Source: Catajapyx aquilonaris (Eukaryota). Taken from it: 64,000 nt of DNA. The translations under genes were made by a program, and so were the position numbers. The stretch covers positions 1-64,000 of the forward strand of contig KZ538441.1 in NCBI GenBank assembly GCA_000934665.2, read 5' to 3'. Shown here one piece after another: positions 11,997-22,602 of this stretch (positions are counted from its first letter, which is position 1; every line of letters starts with the position of its first letter). The notes under the pieces were generated by a model. The model made no database searches and had not been told where the DNA came from. It worked only from the letters and a program-made list of their open reading frames with translations.

Positions 11997-12324
11997 CCGG
12001 GGTAGTGCTGACCTCATCAGAGGTATGTAGCACGGACCTTTATTTATTATGCCAAGTACATTGGAGCCTTTATACGTAACGCCCGGGCCCACGGGCAGGA
12101 TGACAGGAGGGGATGTGCAAGGTGCAGTGCAATGTCTTAATGTGGCCATTTTTAGTGAACTCCCCCGGGTGGTTTTAGTCTGTGGATATACCACCCGAGA
12201 CGAAGCCAGAGGTGACCCTTGAACTCTGCACGTGATGAAGGGGGTGTCCCCGGGTTGGGATCGAACCCGGGACCTTAACATCCGTGGGCGCGTACGTTAC
12301 CGCAGCACCACTCCGCCTCCCCTT
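11941..12324 (-). mobile_element. tRNA-derived SINE
   Basis: Head GGGGAGGCGGAGTGGTGCTGCGG...GGTTCGATCCC; long (ATT)n tail; 13-bp TSD GACACCCTGTATA (11928-11940, 12325-12337). Confidence 0.9.
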
Positions 12325-13078
12325 GACACCCTGTATATCAACTCCTTCTATGTCGGGCCGATAATTCATTGACTGACCCTCGTATATCAGGGTAACCTTC
12401 TGATGACATCAAAGGATGGAATTATGTAAAAGTGTGTTGATATTGGGTAGAATCTTCGTCCCACTGTTAGTTAATGCTAACTTAGCAGTACCAGTGTTGG
12501 CAATGGTACTGCTAAGTTAGCAGTAACTATCAGTGAGATGAAAATTCCACCCATTCATATTACCTGATAAGTTGATCAACATATCATGTTACACTGACCA
12601 AAAACCATGCAGATAAATTTTTGCATAAATGTGATGTGTTTCTAAGAGGATGAAGTTGCATAATGAGCTTAATCATAGATATTCAACAGTACTATAGCAC
12701 CTTAGTGTAATCAAAGTTTTCTTCTCTTTCAGGTTTGATGTGGCGTCAAGTTGTGTACATTGCTGGGGACAGATGTCAAATGCCATAGACTGTTCAAGAG
12801 CCTATTAACCTTAAGATGCTGAATGTCATATTTCCCTTCTGTGCATGAATTTCAGTGTCTTTCTCCACATGGTGCAGTGCGTCCAATATTTTTGTGTTTA
12901 TGATAATCTCTTGTTACAAATGCTTTAAAGACATGAACCTGCTGTGTCTCATAAAGGTTTTTTAAACAATGTGCCTGACATTAATGTTGTGAAAGAAAAT
13001 GTGTGTGTGACTGATTTCCACTGGAGAATAATAGGTGGTAAAACCAGTTTGCCAATGGAAAAATGCATAGTAATACTA

Positions 13079-13284
13079 CATGGGGTATTTCCACAGTGCC
13101 AAACAGTACAGTGGTGGAAATTAATGGATATCCACAAGTAGGCCTATCGCCTTTACATGAAGCCACTTCATGTAAAGGCGGCAATGCTTGTGGCAATACT
13201 TGTGGATATCCATTAATTTCCACCACTGTACCACCACTAATTTTACTCCAGTTTTGTAAGTGGGACCTGAGGAAATACCCCATG
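13079..13284. mobile_element. Nested hairpin: 120-bp MITE (13109-13228) inside an outer inverted repeat
   Basis: 32-bp perfect TIR CAGTGGTGGAAATTAATGGATATCCACAAGTA with TA flanks; inner 15-bp stem CGCCTTTACATGAAG; outer CATGGGGTATTTCC/GGAAATACCCCATG. Confidence 0.85.
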
Positions 13285-13644
13285 CTGTTAATGTGCATGA
13301 AAAGTGAAAATATAGAAGAAAAAGAAAGTCAGGCCATTGTGTGTAAGTCATAAAGGAATATTTTTTGACACTATTCGCAGGTATTTTCATCATTTATAAT
13401 GGTATTTTGCACATGAGAGAGACCGGTATGGATGAAGTTTGGTTCAATGTGATAAATACATAACATGTGATCAGAACAACAGTATTTGAGATCTTTTGTA
13501 AAACTATTCTGAACATCTCAGAAATAAAGTTCACATTGAACATATTTATTTTAAATGGCCAAGTAAGGACTTCTGACCCATACTCTAGAATCCTAGATTG
13601 TGCCAGGACACTTTGTTGGCAACTGTACTACTCCACTAGAATTA

Positions 13645-13949
13645 CACTGTACTCCTGATTATCCAGGGTAATGACTGCACAGGTGTCGCCAGATAATCGG
13701 AAAATGGTCATAGACATTGTAAAAGATTAGCTATTCACAAGCTTTTAATGTACTACTCTACAGAGAGTATGCTGCTTGGTTGAATCAAAATAATGAAACT
13801 TATCATAGGATTGTTACTTTGTCTTCTAGAAAAAGTCTGTTATGTTTCTTTGTTGATGAGACATATTGACATGTTTCGGACTTTCATTTTTAACTTTAAT
13901 TTTTGGCGATGCATGGATAATCCGCACCCATAAAATCTGGAGTTCAGTG
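13645..13949. mobile_element. Tigger/pogo-like MITE
   Basis: TA-CACTGTACTCCTGATTAT and AAAATCTGGAGTTCAGTG-TA termini; subterminal GATAATC motifs. Confidence 0.6.
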
Positions 13950-14002
13950 TATGTAATGGTCATTCGTGAGAGCAGCATGTCTTCCCTTCTGTACACAGCT
14001 GT

Positions 14003-14113
14003 ACAAAATAGCAGTCCCTAGAAAATTTTCCGGCGTGGGAGGTGCGAATGGAGAGCTCTCGCCTCCACTCGTGCTGCCCATGCTGGAAAATTTTCAAGGG
14101 ACTGCTATTTTGT
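14003..14113. repeat. ~110-bp hairpin (collapsed MITE)
   Basis: ACAAAATAGCAGTCCCTAGAAAATTTTCC pairs with GGAAAATTTTCAAGGGACTGCTATTTTGT. Confidence 0.8.
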
Positions 14114-14169
14114 CCAGCCATGTACATTACAATTCAAGTATTCATGAAGAACTGTATTATTACATTCTA

Positions 14170-14857
14170 CAGGGTGTCCCACTCGCTACTTAACCAGCAT
14201 TTCTTTAATAACTTTAACACGAATGAAGATATCGCAACGAAATAACTGAACTAACCTTATGTGAGAAAGGAATGGCATCACTACATGTGGTGGAATGGCC
14301 GCCATTTGCGTCCAAAAAGGCCTGAAAACGCCACGTCATATTTTGGAAGGTCCTGGCTAGCATGTCCTGAGGCACTGCGTGAATTTCTTGGATGATGTTT
14401 TCATTCAAGACGTTGATGTAGTGTGGATTGTTTTGGTACATGTGCAACACATCACATGTCAGTGTGACCCAAATTCAGTCCTTTTTTGATGACCAAGTCA
14501 TTTCAGAGGGATTTTGATCATCAAGGTCGCCATAAAACGCCGCCTGATTACTTCTTATGGGCCTTTCTGAAAGGCGAGTGTACTGAAACAAGCCACAATC
14601 CATCGACACCATGAAAGAAAACATCATCCAAGAAATTCAGGCAGTGCCTCAGGACAATCTGGGCAGGATCTTCCAAAACGCCATATGTTGTGTTCAGGAC
14701 TGCCTGGACGCAAATGGTGGCCATTTCCAGCACATGTTGTGATGCCATTTCCTTTCTCAGTAATGAGGTTAGTTCACTTCAAATTTCGTTGCTATATCTA
14801 AATTCATGCTAAAGTTATTAAAGAAATGCTGGGTAAAGTAGCGAGAGGGACACCCTG
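14170..14857. mobile_element. Tc1/mariner-derived element built from two inverted transposase 3' ends
   Basis: ~280-bp inverted arms, TA TSD; both arms encode ENIIQEI.AVPQD.L...LDANGGH; the right arm also has PPDYFLWAFLKG. Confidence 0.9.
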
Positions 14858-15494
14858 TACAAGGTTGAGTAAAATGAATGGGACCAATCAATTGTGTGGC
14901 CTAGGACCCCAGGTTGTTACAAAATTGGGTGCAGATAACCTTGTGGCTGATGGGTTACCCACATGTTAACCAGTTCATTGATCTTCCCTGACTTTCAAAA
15001 TGTGACCTTTTTTCCAATCTCGTTTTTAGACATTCTACCCCATGTAGAAAAAAAATTGATCTGGTTTTCTAATGCATGTGTCAACAAACCCCGACCAACA
15101 TCCAAAATCATTGGCTACAGAGTCAATTCATCTGAATAATTTGCCTTCCTTCATCCAGATGGTAGTGATTATTAGTATTGGTTTTGTCTGTGTGTGAGAG
15201 AGAATGGATGTCAATCTAACCATGGGCTGTATTTTGGTCAGGTGTACAGAAGTGAGCAGCCAGGTCTGACGTGAAAATGACATGTTGCGCATCGTCACGA
15301 TTGGCTGGCTGGTTTCGCGCCCGCCGTAGGCCAAGCCTATCTTCCCCTCGCTCATGGTCGCTCACTTCATTGTATTTTAGTCCAGATCTACTCGTCTACC
15401 AGACCACTCGTACTAAATAACATCCTAATAGCTCACATCCACATCAGTTGAAATGTCTTGGTCTCTCCCTCGTTAACTTGGTATTTGTGACCTA

Positions 15495-15783
15495 TTTATT
15501 TTATTTTTTTTATTTATACCCCATTGGGAGAATCGGCGCTCCATCAGGGGGGTGGAGTACCACCATTGGATGGGGCCAAGGGTAGGGAAGGAAGGAAGCG
15601 GCTGTGGCCTATTATACGTAAACTACCCCGGAATTATCCTTGGGGGGGGGGGGGGGGGGGGGTGGAATTACCACCATCGGGATTTNCACAGAAAAGTACA
15701 GTCAGGGTTGCCGGCCCCGGGATTCGAACCCAGGACCTCCCGATTAGCAGTCAGGCTCCTTAACCACCACACCAACTTGCATC
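15495..15783 (-). mobile_element. tRNA(Ser-GCT-like)-derived SINE
   Basis: Head TGGTGTGGTGGTTAAGG..GACTGCTAATC..GGGTTCGAATCCC; body GGCCACAGCCGCTTCCTTCC; same head and body as 21926-22216; contains a poly-G/N assembly irregularity. Confidence 0.85.
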
Positions 15784-15861
15784 TGTTATTTATGAGCTAT
15801 GTAAACGCCCCTTGTTTATTCCTCTCCCATGCTCTCCTTCCCTTCAGGGTGTCAACATGAC

Positions 15862-16340
15862 TTTTTTTTTTTTAAATACCCCGTGATAGGGCCATGAGCC
15901 CTCTTAGGGGTTGTGGAACACCACCATTTTTCACTCCAATTTCCTGTCACTTTCTTCAATCACCATGCGGAGAAGAAAGGACATGAGGTAGGGATAGGGA
16001 TTTTTGGGGAGGAGACATGGGTGCAAGTGCAATGTCAGTTCATAGGCCTCAGCCACTTCCTTCCTTCCCTGTCCTTGGTCCCATCCATCTGTGAAGAAAA
16101 ATTTCAGAAAAATTGAGTGGTAAAATTATGGCATTCCACCCCCCTAATGGAGCGCCGATTCTCCCAATGGGATAATATTAATTTTAAAAAGTGCAATGTT
16201 AGTGCAATGTAGGTTAGGTTGCCAGATGCCTCCAAGGCACGGGTCACAGACCATCCTGATGCAGGCAAAAGGGAACTCCTGAACTGGGATCGAACCCGGG
16301 GCAAGAGTGGCATTAAGGCATAACATTCCCAAGGAATTCA
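15862..16340 (-). mobile_element. tRNA-derived SINE (family of 27698-28104), interrupted by a nested SINE
   Basis: Shared GTAGGGATAGGGATTTTTG and AGGTTAGGTTGCCAGA..CCTCCAAGG segments; B box GGTTCGATCCC. Confidence 0.8.
16040..16188 (+). mobile_element. 5'-truncated SINE nested within a SINE
   Basis: 3' half of the 15495 family; 15-bp TSD AAGTGCAATGT(C/T)AGT (16025-16039, 16189-16203). Confidence 0.85.
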
Positions 16341-17760
16341 GTCACTGCTGCCCCATTGACTATCGTGTCTCACTTTTTATTCTGGCCGTATCACTGAAGG
16401 ATCATTCTGCGCCAGCAACTGAGACTGGGAGGGTACAGAATAGGAAATTCATCTCTTATTAATATTACTCACTTAAAAATTTTACCATACAGGTAGGGCC
16501 CTATCTGATCATCAAAGCGAAAAAAACAAGTTTTTGATTAATACTACCTGGTCACTTGAGCGTGGGGAATTTTGCGCCTCCCCCCCCCCCCCNNNNNNCC
16601 CCCCCCCCCCCCCCCTCTCCGGCCCTGCTGGCTGGATAAAAAGGGGGTGAACGCCGCTGGAGAGATGGACAAGATGGGACGGACTGGAATTCACTGGGTG
16701 GCTCAGATGGGCCATAAGGACGTGGTTCAGCTTCTACTTGATCGAGATGCGGACCTGGATCTGGGAGGCAGAACAGACAGTCGTACACCACTGCGATGTT
16801 CGGGTTTGAAGAGATAGCCCGGCTTCTCCTTCACCATGGGACAGACGTGACCAAGAAGGACAGACAAGAGAAGACACCGAGGCAACGAGCCCCAATGAAT
16901 GGCAACAACACACAGCTCCTCTGCATGCTTCAGAAGAAGGAAAAGGAGCTGCAGGCTGCAGCCGAATCATCCGAGAATGCTGGAAAGGTAAGGCGCAATC
17001 GGATAAACCAAACAGTGCACTAATTACCCTTTCAACAGTACGACCCGAACGATTACATTAAGGCTTGTCATAAGGGCAAGCTGTTTGAAGTAGAAGAGTG
17101 GATTGGAGAACGGCAATTGGATGCCAAGATCACAATGGATCACAATGGGTGGACCGGAGTCTACTGGCTGGCTTACGAGTGCAACCTGGACATTGTTAAG
17201 TTTCTGCTTAACTCAGGAGAGGATGTGGACCAAGCGGACGAGGTGAACAGGTGTACTCTGCTTCATTCGCAGCACTGTACGGCCAGAAGGCGATCGCCAC
17301 TTTCCTTCTGGAGCGAGGGGCCAGCCCGAAAGTGGAGGACAAGGATGGCAAGATTCCTCGACAGCGTGCTATCTCCAACGAATACCACCCGCTGGGCAAC
17401 ATGCTGAAGAAGAAGGAGGAGGAGATGGAGAGGGAGTCAGAAGATGCCTCAGAGGACAAAGTACGTACCCGTATGAGTACAGGAAGTACAGCCACAAGGA
17501 TATTGTTAGGGATGGCGGATTCAGAGTCCCCTGACGGAGGGGAGGCCAATTACGCCCCGCCATTTAGCCCTTTGACAGCTGATTTATTTTGGTCGTTTAT
17601 TGAAAAAAAAATCTGGTAGGAGTGATATTAATGAAAAACAATATGCTCCAATATTTATCATTTTAACTCGTGGTGATCCTTTTGAATGTAAAATGCCAAA
17701 AAAATCCATCTACAGGGTGTTATAGATTTTTTTTTTAAAGTACAATTAAATTTAAATGCA

Positions 17761-18042
17761 TTTTTTTAAAAAATTTACCCTGTGATAGGGTGGAGCCCTT
17801 TTAGGGAGGAAGGGGGAGGTTCCCAAGGGAGGGCGCTGTGATTATAGTCATTTCTGACTTTCTGAAATACACTAGACCTTTTCTCCTGGCCCTGGGCAGA
17901 GTAGGGAGTGCAATTCTGCCCCGGAATGTCGGGTGAAAAGCAGAAAAAGACCCGGCCAAGCAGAGGTGACGGGGACGGGATTTGAACCCCGTTCCCCCGC
18001 TTGGCTGACCAGCGGCGTAACCGCTAGACCACCATGCCTCCC
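17761..18042 (-). mobile_element. tRNA-derived SINE
   Basis: GGGAGGCATGGTGGTCTAGCGG...GGTTCAAATCCC head; close copy at 24480-24743. Confidence 0.88.
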
Positions 18043-18069
18043 TAGAAACATTGTAAGTGTGACAATAAT

Positions 18070-18620
18070 TTTAAAGTTTTGAGCATCTTTTGCCGCTGGA
18101 TATAAAGATAGGCTTCCTTATAGAGTTAGTCTTTTCCTGGGCCAACTCCACCCACATTCCTCTCTTTACACATCCAAACAGAATATCTGTGTCGACTACA
18201 CTTGCTATAAGAGAAGCAGGTAATCTATCACAGAGAGTGACAAACTTTGGCTTATTGTAACTTATAAGGCCCATTTTAAGACATATCGAGCTTCGAGTGT
18301 ATGGAAGGAAAATTTTTACAAACAAACACACTTCCCAAAATACTGTATATGTACATAGGCACGCAAAAAGAATGTCCGGGGAGAGTCTTCGTTCAGCCTG
18401 GTGGAGGCAAACCATTGCACCTGGGTAGCTAAGGGAGGAGGGAAAAAGCTCAGCAGATAAGCACGGACGTACACACAAGTGTGTGTGTACACATCTGTGC
18501 AATGGTTTGCCTCCACCAGGCTGAACGAAGACTCTCCCCGGACATTCTTTTTGCGTCCGATAGTACCCCTACCTTTACCAGCACCCCAACATACCCGGGC
18601 AACGCCGGGTAACCTGATAG
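18070..18620 (+). mobile_element. Non-autonomous Helitron-like element containing a 60-bp perfect inverted repeat
   Basis: 3' hairpin TACCCGG-GCAACG-CCGGGTA (18592-18611) followed by ATAG|T (variant of CTAG|T); ACAAACAAACAC motif; IR 18361-18420/18497-18556. 5' boundary uncertain. Confidence 0.55.
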
Positions 18621-20716
18621 TGTGTAATAAATGTTTAAAATGTTCAGCATTAAAAACAGTAATATTCATCTTGTCTGTGGGGAAATTTTGGAACCTAACT
18701 TATTTACGTACATTATATTTCTGTCTCATTTTACGCCAGTTCACTTTACGCCACTAGGGGCCAGTTTCACCAATTATAACAATATATTATCACCAGTTTT
18801 ATTATAAACCGACCCTAGATTGCTGGAACCAATTAACAGCGTAAAACTGGTACCGGTACTTCCTGTACTTGTGTCTAAATCACTGCTATTTTCAGAATTC
18901 ACCGAAGTACGGAAAGCAGAAATCTTTGACAAGCAGCAACCGAAACCAGAAGAGGAAGCCCTCTTGGAGATTCGAAGGCGAAGCAGAGAAGAGGAGTGAT
19001 ACATGAAGGGATCAGATGTTCACATGATGTCGTGTGTTTTACAAATCACGTAGGCCGTTGTTATCCTGATCTGATCTCTTTTTGTCCGCACTCCTAATAT
19101 CGGATCCCTTGGACATTTACTGCCCAATTGTCTTGGCAATCACTTGACTTCTTTCGGGGAAGAACACATGTCGGAGACATGTACATAGTTCGCTGCCTGT
19201 GTGTATGTTCAAAGTTGCCTGGAGTCAGTGGAGTGGAGATATGTCACAAATTCCATGTTTCGGGCAACCTTGGTTCACTTGCGGAATAATTTAACCTCGG
19301 CAAAAATCGCAACCCTTTTTCTTCGCAGTAAAATTTTTTTTATTACTTTTATATCATGAGATAGCCTAACTTGTAATGTCTACGATTTACGATACTGTAT
19401 CGGGGCTCGGAAAAAAAACTGACCACGTACAGTAAGGCTTTTCGATGGATTTACGATCTTATAACATTTTTGAGGTTATAAAGAATTATTCAGAAGCAAA
19501 TTAGATGTAGGCCTATTTGAAAACCCGTTAATTAGTTTCAGGTGGGAGAGATGATGCAATATTATGCTGGTACATGACAACAATTGCGCTGCTGGTCGAA
19601 CCGTATTCCATGTGGCAGTCAGTCCGTTGATTTTTTTTGGAAGGGAAAAGGTCGTGACATTTGACCTTGGTTGACTCTTCACCTCTTATTCAGAAGCTGC
19701 TGGTTTTTACTTGATTTTCCATTGTTTTTAAATGGTGAATGATTTTATAATTTGTGACATTTTCTGTTAGTTGTAAGTGAGATTTTCTTCTCCGACTTTC
19801 GTGCTCTTGGTGGGGAAAGCAAGAGAGAATATGGAGTACAAATTGCATGTTTAAAACGAGTTTTAATAAAACAACAGGATTTTAGCAGTGTGTAACTTCC
19901 TGGTAAATTTTATTTTACGTGATGATTCCAACGTACGTGGAGACTTTAAAGCTTACTCAGATGCCATGCTCTACTTTCTGTACTTTCTGCTACGTACTTG
20001 CATTTTCTTAAGGGTTCGGATGGACAGCATTCTTCACATCCCGAGTGCACGTGGAAATTTACGCCAGAATTTAATTATTTTCCTGCCAGTGAAGCAGTAG
20101 ATTTCGACATTAGGCCTGAAGAATTTGCACACTGGGGAATTACAGATAGAACGAAAAGAGCATGTGCCGTCTGAGCATGCAACTTATTATTTACCTGCAT
20201 CAATTTCAGCGTTATGTGGAGACACTTTCACCTTGTTTAATAACAGCGAGCTCCTCCATTCATCACGTTCCCGTACCGAGTAAGTCTTCTACCGGCAAAT
20301 AGTGGTGATGTCACTTGCCTTCAATTATTGTTTGAAATATTTACATTATTGCTGATCATTGTGACATCACCAATCTTTCTCCTGCTGGATAATGATCCTG
20401 GTGGACCTGATTATCTTAACAGAATTAACCAACAAAGGCTCAGCATGACCGCAGAATACTTTGGAGTTGCAAGCTTCACTTTTAAAAACTTCAAACATCA
20501 AGGGAAAAAAATTGAAATGAACATCATCACATTAAAGAAAAAAATCGCGACCCCCAATTTGAAGTGAAAATGTCCTGGTAGAACGTGTGGGTCTTTCTCA
20601 ATGCATCAGACCGATATGCCCTGCAAAGAGTAAGAGGGAAGCATTGTCATAATTATGGCCGAGTCATTAAAAAGTCTGTTCTTCTGTTAGGTTCAATGGT
20701 TGACGGACAAGCTCAC

Positions 20717-21287
20717 CTCCAGATACAGGACCACCCGTGCCTAGCCTTGATTCTTGGCCAGGTCGAGGGCCATCAGCCCGTAACTGTCTTGGGCAGAGCG
20801 GTTTGCCCCTGCCTGCACTAGAAGTTTAACGACTTCTAGATAGCCGCAAAAAGCGGCATGGTGCAGTGGGGTGTAGTTCATGACGCCAGGTTGGTTCATC
20901 CCGGCCCCTTCTTTCAGGAGGAACTCCACCACTGCAGCATGGTTTTCGCGGGCTGCGTAGTGGATAGGTTCCTCGTCATCCACGTCCTTGGCGTTCACCT
21001 CCGCCCCTCTGCGGATCAGGAGGCCGCCGGTGGATCGTGGATGAATGTCCACTCTCGGCGGCCAGGTGCAGCGCGGTGTCCTCCGCCAGCCCTCTTCGGT
21101 CTACTGGCCATCCTTCTTTCACCAGGCAAGAGACTACCTCATCCCTCCCCTTGTTGGCTGCCATGTGCAGCCCACTCCAACCATAGTTGTCATCCACCAG
21201 GTCCACCAGTGCTCCGGTGTGCTTCTCCACCATTGCCATCACCGCCTTCAGGCTACCTTGTTGACAGGCCCTGAGAAATGGCAGCCT
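20717..21287 (-). pseudogene. Ankyrin-repeat exon (~5 repeats), disrupted
   Basis: GWSGLHMAANKG, TALHLAAESGH, PIHYAARENH, TPLHHAAFCGY. Bounded by ttttccccag and gtgagc. A 7-bp duplication (21030-21042) causes a frameshift; in-frame TAG at 20741-20743. The repaired exon is 564 nt, phase 0/0. Confidence 0.88.
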
Positions 21288-21315
21288 CTGGGGAAAAATA
21301 TTGGCCGCATTAATA

Positions 21316-22292
21316 CAGTGAAACCTATGTATAGAGGAATCGCAAGGGACCCCAAAAATTTTCCGTTGTGGACAGGTTTCCGCTATAACCTGATCAAGGA
21401 CGTTGCTCATTGTTTTTGCTCGCGAGAAAGAGAGATGAATGGGGAGAGCAAAAATAAGCACCTTACCTCAATATGGTGCAAAATCCTAATTTTGCCTGCT
21501 CCATTCGACCATCAGCCCGGATTCGGGCATTATGTTGAACCCGTGTCAACCCCTTCCTCTTCCCCGACATAACTGGACTGAACCGTGAACTAAAAGGAAC
21601 CTACGAGTCACATGAGTCACATCTTCTTGGCCCGTCCTGAAAGCCGATTTTCAAGTTTCGCAACCAAAAATAGTCCCCCACTCCTCACCCTTTATCTTCA
21701 AGGCCACAGGTCATAGCAATTCCAGACACACATGGTCCAAAAAGGGTTACTTAGAGGCCACCTGGAATTGCCGATAGTGCACCCGGCTGTAGTTTCTGTT
21801 TTTGTGACTCGCAGGATATAATGCGAACCTTTTAATTTCCACTATGAACAGGGATTTTCTCTGAAGGGAGCCAAAAATCCCTTCCGTTTCCGCATTGGGC
21901 ATGTTCCGTTATATCCGTCAAAAAACCGAAGCAGGTTGGCATAGTTGATAAGGCGTCCGACTGCTAATCAGGAGGTCCTGGGTTCGAATCCCGGGGCCGG
22001 CAACTCTGACCGTGGTTTTCTGTGGTCTTTCACGGTACTTCCAGGAAAATTCCGGAGTTGTTTCCGTAATTAACAGGCCACAGCCGCTTCCTTCTGTCCC
22101 TATCCCATCCCAAAAAGTGCAGTAAAATGAAAGCAAAGAGTTCCAGGCAAAAGAAAACTTCCCCCCTAAAGAGCCGAAAAAGGCTGATAACGGGGTATGA
22201 ATTATTATTATTATTATTATATCTGTCAAAAAATACATTGTATGCCCTATGCATATGCCCGTTCCCGTAAAAAATTCCGTTATGGATAGGGT
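21316..22292. mobile_element. pogo/Tigger-like element remnant
   Basis: TA-CAGTGAAACCT terminus; repeated TTCCGTT subterminal motifs; minus-strand MSGKRKGLT resembles a pogo transposase N-terminus. Right boundary uncertain. Confidence 0.55.
21926..22216 (+). mobile_element. tRNA(Ser-GCT-like)-derived SINE
   Basis: A/B boxes and GACTGCTAATC; (ATT)n tail; 17-bp TSD TTATATC(C/T)GTCAAAAAA (21909-21925, 22217-22233). Confidence 0.92.
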
Positions 22293-22602
22293 AAGATTAA
22301 AAGGCTGTTGTTTTTAATAAGTTTTTATTGCTAATTTGAGAGGTTGCATGATAGATCGCAGAAATGCAAGGGCATCACGTAAGACCCTATGAACATTACT
22401 TGCAATTTGCATATGGCTAAGTCCATGCAAAAGTATACATCAGGGTCAGATTTTAAAGTAAATAATTCCTCCGGATATTATGGTCACTTCTGAAAGCTGA
22501 GATTGTACGTATATGTATTTTTTTCGACAAGATATTAGAAAATTTTCACATACATTCAAGTTAACACCATTGTTTGTTTCCAATATGGTGGGTGTGCATC
22601 TT

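Larger units (their letters stand above)
16628..19006 (+). pseudogene. Ankyrin-repeat protein pseudogene (two duplicated ANK exons plus a putative terminal exon)
   Basis: Exon A ends at 16987 (GRTGIHWVAQMGHKDVVQLLL; frameshift ~16793). 51-bp GT-AG intron. Exon B 17039-17460 (GWTGVYWLA...FAALYGQKAIATFLLERGA; 1-nt deletion ~17265). Candidate last exon 18896-19006. All junctions are phase 0. The 5' end is obscured by poly-C/N. Confidence 0.8.

Noticed and set aside
12003..12040. Hammerhead ribozyme (CTGATGAG on the minus strand)
   Set aside because: No stem II-GAAA follows; it is the loop of the SINE tail hairpin. Other CTGANGA sites (~11405, ~32295, ~59463) also failed.
16579..16615. Poly-Pro N-terminus of the ankyrin ORF
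   Set aside because: Poly-C with Ns; a low-quality assembly junction.
20321..20404. cRHIM-like peptide KIGDVTMISNNVNI downstream of the ANK exon
   Set aside because: Out of phase with the upstream phase-0 donor at both candidate acceptors; probably chance.
21926..22000. Genuine tRNA genes (here and at the other A/B-box sites)
   Set aside because: No proper acceptor stem; each continues into a SINE body and tail, several with TSDs.
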